Positions 55,208 to 64,000 of a stretch of 64,000 nt of DNA are shown piece after piece. The notes below the pieces were generated by a model. It was not told the DNA's origin. It saw only the letters and a list, made by a program, of their open reading frames with translations, and did not search any database. The stretch is taken from assembly GCA_023515725.1 (NCBI GenBank), contig JALDTO010000098.1, forward strand, positions 646,164 to 710,163, read 5' to 3'. This stretch comes from Amoeboaphelidium protococcarum X5 (lineage: Eukaryota; Fungi; Aphelidiomycota). The translations under genes and the position numbers were made by a program. Position 1 is the stretch's first letter. Every line of letters starts with the position of its first letter.

Positions 55208-57169
55208 TCAAGCTTTGTTTAGAGTTAGCTTTATCAAACGCTGAGATATATCTTGGCAAAGTATCAGCCGGTTTAAATCTATCTAATCCACCTCTGTATG
55301 ATTTTAAGGCAGAAGATTGCAAAGTATCTCATTGCTAAAAGCCAATTTAAAGTATTCTATACACTTTTCCTTTTGTAGGCGCGGAGATTTTGCCACCATT
55401 TTTGCAGAGATGAAGAACTTTTATGCAGTTTCTATCAACTTTGATTGATGATGACGCTCAGTACTACCTGCCGTCATCTGATTGTGGTACATCGCCAAAG
55501 ACATAAAGGGAGGAGACGAGAGGGACTCGAATGGACCAAATCTGTACTGAAAAATACTATTCTGCCGTTATAAATACTACTTACCAGAGACTTGACTTGA
55601 CTAGCTCAGAAGATAACTATATCCTAAGCAGAGATCCTTTTTAAACATTATATCAGCATGGTTGTACAATGCATTAGTAGCAGTTGCATCTGGAGACGGA
55701 TACTTCAACTATATAGGTTTAGATACAAGATCAGCCTAGTGGTGCAACAGGACTCCAATATACCAATAGACAAATGAAAACTCATTCATCTAATACAATT
55801 CCAAATCAAATCCAAGAAATAGATATTCAATCATCAGTTCCAACTTTAACCAAAGGAGCCACTACCCAAAAAGATATTAAATAGACTGTCCGCGGAAATA
55901 CTTTTGATCTATCATTTCACCTTGGACTTACAGGGCATCAATAAGCTTAACCATCTTCGGAAGAGCTCTATGTACACGAGCTTTATTGTAAAACAAGACT
56001 CGTACAAGATCAGACACCATAAGAACAAGATGGTTCTTAAATGATTACAAGTCCGACGACTATTACAACTCTTACAACTTGATACCAGCGTTAAACATAA
56101 CGTCATTAAGAATTATCGTCTTCAAATTGACTCCAGACGGTAACGTGGCATTATCTACAAGCCATAACTTAATGAGACTTTTAGTTATCGGATCAACAGG
56201 AGAATCTCGTGCATTTCGCAGACATTAAAGGAGCTTGGCGATCACTTATTCGATCCTAGACTTCTCAGTTAACTGTTTTACAAATACAAGCCACTCCCTG
56301 GTGCATGATACAAAATATTCAATAAATGTATAAAAAATTCCAACAGCAGGTAAAATGTTAGTACGCGGCGGAAGGTTTTATAACAATTTGGCACTCCAAA
56401 TCTGATCAAAGCCCTTGACTTATTGCGGCTGAGTGACATCAGTCTGCCAATCTTTTACCGCGTTCAAATGTCGCAGCAACTTTTTGAAATCCTAATCAAA
56501 CTACTCGGCACTAGTTTGCATAAACTACTTGGAATCAATCATGTTAGAGAGTATCTGCAATAAGTGGAACCATACCGCCAAATGGTGATAAGCAATGTCA
56601 GCCTAAGAATCGGTTTAAGCTTGCAGTACACGCGTAATGTTTTAGAATCGAACCTCCAATTCCGCGATTGTATGTTGCATCAGCTTGACATTAAAGAGAT
56701 TAATAATCACATCTTCTTCATAAATGACTGCAGCGAATTAAAGTAGATCAATAGCTTGAGATATGAGTGACTCTACAACATCCAGGAACAGAGTCAGGCA
56801 AAGACAGAGCACGTCATCCTGGCATCGCAAGACTAGCGTTCTATCATGGACAAGTGTACACGTTAGAACATTCTACGGCAAGGGCTGCCCGGCAAGCCAC
56901 GACGCAAAACAGCGCTCCATTTAAACGGCGAAATCGTTAAACTCTGTCCAATTCTACGGAACCAAATCACCGCGTGCCTAGTTATTGCCGTTGTTAACAA
57001 AGTAATCAACCAGAGCCATTCCAGAATCCATACGCGGATCCATCAGTTCTATAGCACCGATAGCTTCTTTAAGCTCAAATTCTTCTGTATGCAATAATTC
57101 CCCGTCTTTAAGCAGATTACACGCCTCGGTAAGCAATTCAGTCACATCCATTTGATCTTTCACTTTCAT
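55208..57169 (-). CDS. NAA35: NatC auxiliary subunit NAA35/MAK10
   Basis: DVTELLTEACNLLKDGELLHTEEFELKEAIGAIELMDPRMDSGM, WLAGQPL.QNVLTCTL, IYEEDV, GFDLELYQMNEFSFVYWY, RFGPFESLSSPP. Confidence 0.88.
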
Positions 57170-57268
57170 TTGATGATTAAAGCCAACTCTATCGAATTGA
57201 TCAATAGAGATTAGAATTTAGGGTAAATTTTCTTTCAAAGCAATAAATAGAAAATACAAATACTAAAA

Positions 57269-57772
57269 ATGACAGAATTTAATTATGAGGAATGCGTGGA
57301 AAAGGCCAAGAGTATAGCAGAGGAGCTGAGTAAGAAATCTCCGTAAGAGTATCTGCAGGAAGCTGCTTAGAGGAACCTGGAGCGAAAGAATGCCCTGAAG
57401 GCTGGAGAGTCAATTACCACCAAGACTACGAAAGGTGTTGAGATTACGCGTCAAATGACTTATGGCGGAGTGGCATGCGATTCATTCAAGATACCACATA
57501 ATATGGTCGGATTCATCATTGGACACAAGGGCGAGGCACTGAAAAGAATCGAGATGGAGACACATACCAGGATTCATATTGAGCGAGAAGGTGGACCAGA
57601 GCGGTTAATCACCATCCAGGGAAAGCCGCACGATGTTGATGCCGCCAGAATCCGTATTGAGGAGCACATGGAAATGTCTAATGAAAGGTCACGCTAGCGC
57701 CGCCGGCTTTAAAATTAAAATCACACCTCTCACCATGGTAATAATAATAATGAACGGTAATAATAATAATGA
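57269..57772 (+). CDS. Small single-KH-domain protein (FUBP/KSRP-like N-terminus)
   Basis: YEECVEKAKSIAEEL, FKIPHNMVGFIIGHKGEALKRIE (GxxG), ERLITIQGKPHDVDAAR. Ends TAA TAA TAA TAA TGA. Confidence 0.75.
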
Positions 57773-57854
57773 ACAGAATGATGGATGAAATAATTAACGC
57801 TATCTTTTGAAAATTAAACTGTGTATGTACAAATATAATCAGTGAAATATTCAT

Positions 57855-58850
57855 TCACTCAGATGCTGCAGCTCTTTCGTCTAAAAAGTGCCTAATCTTG
57901 ATATAAATTGTCGTTATTGCTAGTACTACAGAGATGGCAATAAGTATAATCACCACCCATTCTAAAGATTCCCCATGCGATTCATTCAGAAAGTTGTTAA
58001 GCATGTCAAGCATATCACCAATGACTAATGCTCGCTAATTAAGAATAGTCACCCTATTGGAAATTTCCAAGTAAGTTTGCATCAGGTTATAGGTGGGATA
58101 GTGTGCAGGCTCAACCCAGAATATGTCAGGCGTGTCAAGAATTGGAGCAATGAGATTCACCTGTGCTCTGACGTTAAATAACGTGCCAATAGTCCTAATA
58201 CTCTCCTGCCTGCTCATCTTCACTTTGCCAGTTGTCGCCACGATTTTCGGTATATCTTCAACCATCTCCATGGTGTCCATAACCATATCTTCGAATCGAT
58301 CCAATTTCACAGATTACGCTATAGCCATTGATATCGCCAACTTGGTCATTACACTGGACGTTCCATCAAGAATAATCATATCATGAAGTATTCTAGTCGA
58401 TGACTTTGATGGATCTATAAAGTACTTGAACCGCTCCACCACCATCTACTCCTTGGTGCACTTGTCCAACTCATTATGCAACAGGAGAGGAGATTCTAGG
58501 AACGCAGCCTCTTCCAGCTCAGTAAATGCCCACAGAACAACGACTCCAAACTGCACAAAGAAGATCTCTGGGTATATATCGACATTTAAAGACTCTGAAG
58601 ATATATTGTACTACTACTATTATTACTACTTCGACTAATCATCAGACTGCAGCCTAGTGGCATACATTGCCTCGTCCCATCGTTTAATCTTCCATTGCCT
58701 CTCCTCCACCAGTTGCTATTTGAGATTTTCCATATCAATTGATTCGCATGTTGAATATGCAGTCACTCTAAATGCTTAAGATTTATGTTTATTGATGTCA
58801 TCAGAACTTTTCTAAGTAGTCAAATTAATCCTAACTCGTTTCCTATCCAT
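57855..58850 (-). CDS. DUF155 family protein (RMD1/RMD8/YagE-like)
   Basis: RVTAYSTCESID, EIFFVQFGVVVLW, KLAISMAIAQSVKLDRFE, ILDTPDIFW, YLEISNRVTILNQR, SLEWVVIILI. Confidence 0.85.
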
Positions 58851-58996
58851 TAAATGATGTGATGTTTTAGTGTGAATAAAGTATGCAGTGCGTGATACTC
58901 TTATATGGAGGAATGAAGAAAGAAACAATGGCTCAGTTGCGCAATATAGAGAGACATCCTATTAAAATCAATATAAAAAATAATAAAAAATTCAAG

Positions 58997-59947
58997 TCAT
59001 GGAGAGCGAGGACTGGGCGTGGTAAATGTCAGTACAGGATTAGAACTTGTGCGAACGGCTATTTTGTGCCGGTCGTGGGGGTGATGAAGAAGCTCCTTCG
59101 GATTCATGACGCGATTATACAACTGCTAAACTATGTCCATATGACTACCAAACTGTTTGTACTTATCTCCATATATAGCGCCATAATCACAAGGGAAGTA
59201 GTCAACATACTCATCAGAATCCAGTGATTCCGTACTATTAAATCCAGGTATTGCAGTTTATGGCTGTGACTACACGTTCAGAAATGGATTCTGATTGATA
59301 CTGCTGTTGTTGTTAATACTGTTGTTACTGATAGAGGTATCGTGTTCAAGCAGAGGCTCGCCAAATATCTGTTTCATGTCGACGGAGATTTTGAGCGTGG
59401 AGTTGCTTTTGGAATCTTGCAGCAGGTACTGGCGGGTACTGAACTTGGTGGCTGCAAACTCGGCCAGATCAATCACAACTTTACCGTATGTTTCAGCCTT
59501 CTTACTGCCAGCAATTTCCTTCTTGACGCTGATGATCATTTCGCACGGCTGCAGAGAGTTGTCGCCTCTCACAATCAGGATAACGTTGAACACATTGGTG
59601 TGGTTCCAAACTACAGCATGGTCTTTCAGAGGCATGATAGGTGTTCGGCCTTTGCTTCCAGATTATGTCATTACACTCATATCATTATTATTGATGGTCA
59701 TGGAACTTTTATCATCCGGAATAAAGGTACTATCAGATATCGAATTCACCGCGGACTGATCAACAGAGGCCGTTTCAACTGCATGCGCTCGATATGAAAT
59801 ATTTCCCTTCTTGAGCTTGAACTTGCAGAAGAAGAGTCCCTTAATGAGAGGTACGTCTGTCAAACTTTCAGTCGTTATCTTGGCCTAAAAGTGGACCTTT
59901 TATAACTTGCTACCTGAATTGTTGAATAATGTAGAGACGGAATTCAT
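58997..59947 (-). CDS. NT-C2 domain protein (EEIG1/FAM102-like)
   Basis: KVHFQAKITTESLTDVPLIKGLFFCKFK, DHAVVWN, KKEIAGSKKAETYGKVVIDLAEFA, RQYLLQDSKSNSTLKISV. Confidence 0.8.
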
Positions 59948-60353
59948 AGCGATATTCTGCAGCGATTTATAGTTGGTTTAAAACGGACAGAGAGGAAAGC
60001 TGTCTGAGACAATCAACTTCGTGGTATGTAGAGATACGCGCTCAAATTTTATAATGGTCACTTTTAAATAGTTAGATTGCGCTTTAACTTATAGCTGATT
60101 AATATATGCATATACAATTTTTTAACGTAGAGGAGAGAAAATGTGAATTGGCAGAGGAGTATATGGGACTTTGTAACCGAGAATCGGTTAACGCTGGCGT
60201 GCACGCAGGAGGACGACATGAATTTCGTTAACTTACTACCGGCCACTACATACAGTTGTACAATTGCCACGGAAATTCAACCGCTAATTCTAAAAAGTCC
60301 AATTTAAATCGCCAACAATCAAAAGCTGACATTTATTCATTGTTAACAAGTAA

Positions 60354-60478
60354 GCGTCAATGTCGAAACGAGCCCCCTGGATTTAGCAGACGACGCACAA
60401 CAGCACAACCTCGGTTGCCCTTACAGTCGTCAATGGCTTTGGAGACTTCATCCAGAACCATCAACTGGCAAATGACGC
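60354..60478 (-). ncRNA. Candidate structured non-coding RNA (unassigned)
   Basis: GC-richer 125-nt island closed by GCGTCA/TGACGC, with two internal hairpins. G-U pairs favour the minus strand. Manual folding only. Confidence 0.2.
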
Positions 60479-60673
60479 GTACTATTTTAAATCCTAGTAA
60501 TGTCCCTAAATAATTATTTCATTTCGAGAAAATACTCTAACAGCAAAATGGTCCTAATGCTAGTAGTCATGCATAGGCGTTGGAGCAATGATTGACTCTG
60601 ATCCGTCAGTCGAGCGCTCTCCCGTGCGATAATCGCGAAAATCGCCGTTAACCGAAATTCAACCTTAAAGTGA

Positions 60674-61201
<528 letters not shown>

Positions 61202-61426
61202 TCATCTTGAAAATATAAAATTTCATCTACTATATTAAATATGCGTTTATCTTTTTTTGCTTCACTTGCCCAAATAGTTTCACTACTGATCTGTAAGTCA
61301 ACAGAGATATCAATCAGCCATTTCCGGCGTTTGTTTGATCAATCTTACCTCATACGCCGTTCTCTCACTTTCTTCAACGTTTAAGTCTACGCTGAAGCAA
61401 TTAACTCTTAATAAGAGTAGATCAAG

Positions 61427-62351
61427 ATGGCATCTATCAAAGGAAGGTAAATGTTGTCATACGCAAAGTATCGTTATATATGAATAGCATTGTAGTGATG
61501 ACAAGGCAAAGTATGTGAAGCGCATCGTCCATGAGACGGAAAAGAATATGGCTGCAGTGCATCAAGAGCTGACTTCCTATCTGAGGAATGTAGAGAGTAA
61601 ATTATAGTAAATTACCATATTGAAAGTAATTACTTCCAAACTATGATGAATGTAGAATTGAGAGGAAAACGACTGAGCTTAGCTGTGGCGCTAAAGCAGT
61701 TCTCTGAAACAGAATCTCCCAATTTGGAAAGTGCACTGATGAGCACTGCTGAGGCAATGGTGGACATTGAAGAGTATCGCAAGTACATGGTAATTCTAAT
61801 ATACTTATTTTTGATCACATTGAACTTGAGTATCAAATTGTGTAGCATGATCGCATGCAAATTAAAGTTGCAGAGCCAGTGAAAATGTACAAAACAATTT
61901 GCACCACGTTGATGGAAGAAGTCAAGAATCGAGAGTAAGCCGTGTAAAAGGAACAGAGGAAGCATGCAGAGCTCGAGAAGACGGCCATAAATGACACTTT
62001 GAACAGATAGAAGATTAGTAAAACTTTTTTGGAGATTGAGACTGCCTCCTAAAATCTTGTGCACATGAATCATGCTCTGACTGATAATGTTGCCAAGTTT
62101 CATGAACGCAAGATTGCGGACATCAAATCTATTCTAAATGAAATGATATACTCTGAGATGCAGTATCACGCAAAAGGTATTTAAATTGACATCGTTTTTA
62201 AACACGATGATAATCATGAATTGATGTAGCTCTGGAGGTATTGACCAATCTGCAAGGAGAAATCGTAGCATTGGACTTTTAAAGCGACTTGGATGATATA
62301 TTTGATAGAATGCAAGTAGAACGCTCAGCGAATCTTCTAAATGAACAATGA
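61427..62351 (+). CDS. FAM92/CIBAR BAR-domain protein, four introns
   Basis: KLRGKRLSLAVALKQFSETESPNL...AMVDIEEYR, KVAEPVKMY, FHERKIADIKSILNEMIYSEMQYHAKALEVLT matches the FAM92 pattern (FE..K..D.K.I...F...EM.FH.KALE). Confidence 0.78.
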
Positions 62352-62681
62352 CCATAACATTGATGAATTATATAGCGATTGTTTTAATAGAAATCCTGAC
62401 ACTATATTACTTTGCGTATCTAACGATCAATTGTATGGCTTGTATAACGTAAGGAGCCCGACAATGAACATCTGATGTATCAAAGGCCCAGTCTATTATA
62501 GAATCTTAAAATTTGCACTTTTTGTATAACAAAATGTTTTAAATTCAGCTGCAAGTTGTACTTTGAAAATGTTGTTGAAGGAATTAATACGACAGCGCAT
62601 TAGATATAGAACACGGAGTAAGGAGCTTTAAAAAAAAATGAAATTTTTGGCAGTTTCCATTCTTTTACAACAGTTATTATC

Positions 62682-63785
62682 ATGATGATGTTGAAATATC
62701 TGTCGCTGCTGATTTTGATTTAGTTTGTATTAGCTGTTGATTAGCTTGACCAGTTTTTGGATGCTGTGGATCAAGAGCCGGCGCGCCATAATCTTTTGTT
62801 ATAACAGAACATTGGAGAGTAGCTGATTGTGCTACAGCCATAGAATGATTTTTGTATTACTAATTACTTGCTTGAATTAATCAGAAATTTACGCGTGTCC
62901 GATCAGTTATACGCGTCGTTTGTGGGACTAGTAACGTCTGATGCTGGTAGACATATTCGTGCTTTTGTCATCAACGCCATGAAATCTCTTCGCTAGACGC
63001 GTGATGTACAGTGGGCCCTACAATGTGTCTAAGGCAATACATGTCGTCTACCGTCGTTCAAGCGTTACGTTGAGCTACTGCTTGCTGCGGATTCGACAAG
63101 CTTGGCATTAATTTAGAACTAGATTTTACCTACAATATTAATCATGCTGGCTTTGTTCATAAGATATGCTAATCCTCGTTTAAATGTGGTGATTCATTTG
63201 CTAGTGACCTCTTTATATATCTCATTCATTTTGTTGACGTAATTTATCACAATGAAGATGGATTTTCTCTATCATCATAATGCATTTGTGATCCCTGTTC
63301 GTTTAATTTAAGTGTCTCTGGTGCTGAATGTAATCTAATTTTCTGAGGCAATGTTCGACGTTGGTAGACGAACGTATGACATTCGAAGAGGGCGCGCTTT
63401 AGGTATTCCGCAAGGCCTTTTCATGCGTAATAATGAGGTGAATTATGGCTGTGGTACGCAGTTAACAAGACTGTCTGTGAATGATCATTTTGTTGAATCC
63501 CATGTTTTATCCGCCGAAGATGAGTGCTTATTATGCAGGAATGAGTTTGAAGCGTCTGAGATTGCGAAACGTCCGCGATGTAGTAGAAATATCTATCTTC
63601 ACAACAAATGTCTTTGCTAGTGGTTAATCACAAATCCCAAATGCTTCATTTGTAATACAAAGGATAGGTATTCTGAAGGCCCAAGTGGTGTCAAATAATT
63701 TGTGGAAGAACAGAATGCAGGGTAAGCACAAAGATAAGAATTCGAATCTTTGAGCCGTGATGAACAGACTGAGAATACTGTTTGA
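62682..63785 (+). CDS. Signal-peptide and multi-TM protein with C-terminal atypical RING finger
   Basis: MMMLKYLSLLILIQFVLA, hydrophobic segments at ~63120-63340, then CLLC...RPRCSRNIYLHNKCLC(Q)WLITNPKCFIC. TGA 63783-85. Confidence 0.7.
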
Positions 63786-64000
63786 GTTTAGTCTTATTCG
63801 AAGCTGAGTGCCGCGCAGAACATTCATATCCTTAATGAATGGAATGAATAAAGATTTAGGTGATTACAAATGCTCTCATATTAATAAGTTCAAGAGACAG
63901 CAGATGCCAAGCTTCTCTTGTTTGCCGCGTCGATTGATAGTATTGCACTGGTTAAATAGATTATGAAGCGGCATAATCAGTCAGTCGATACTACCGCAAT

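Overview
Very gene-dense eukaryotic (fungus-like opisthokont) genomic DNA. TAA and TAG are read as Gln and only TGA terminates (NCBI table 6-type code), so the supplied standard-code ORF track is badly fragmented. Fungal-type genes, short GT...TGTAG introns and this code best fit the aphelid algal parasitoid Amoeboaphelidium protococcarum (inference, not verified). Re-read by hand with TAR=Gln, the window holds about 28 genes: MPC, PKA-C, ATG8, a FLX1/SLC25A32-type carrier, MER3/HFM1, SDF2, a bromodomain protein, a PUF protein, eIF4A, an SRPBCC protein, a low-complexity orphan, VPS9, ARH1/FDXR, TRM6, HRQ1, DBP7, a GCK-III STE20 kinase, KDM4, COX4/COX5, UBP3/USP10, NAA35, a KH protein, a DUF155 protein, an NT-C2 protein, ubiquitin-RPS27A, FAM92 and a signal-peptide/TM RING protein. 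There is also a ~3,640-aa single-frame mucin-like membrane protein with SBBP-like N-terminal repeats. An accessory island at ~11-18.4 kb carries three tandem paralogues of an unrecognised secreted-protein family. The first paralogue is 5'-truncated and joined to a frameshifted ORF resembling the N-terminal REC/WED half of a Fanzor1 RNA-guided nuclease, itself written in the host's reassigned code. All translations were manual. Family calls rest on remembered motifs, not database searches.
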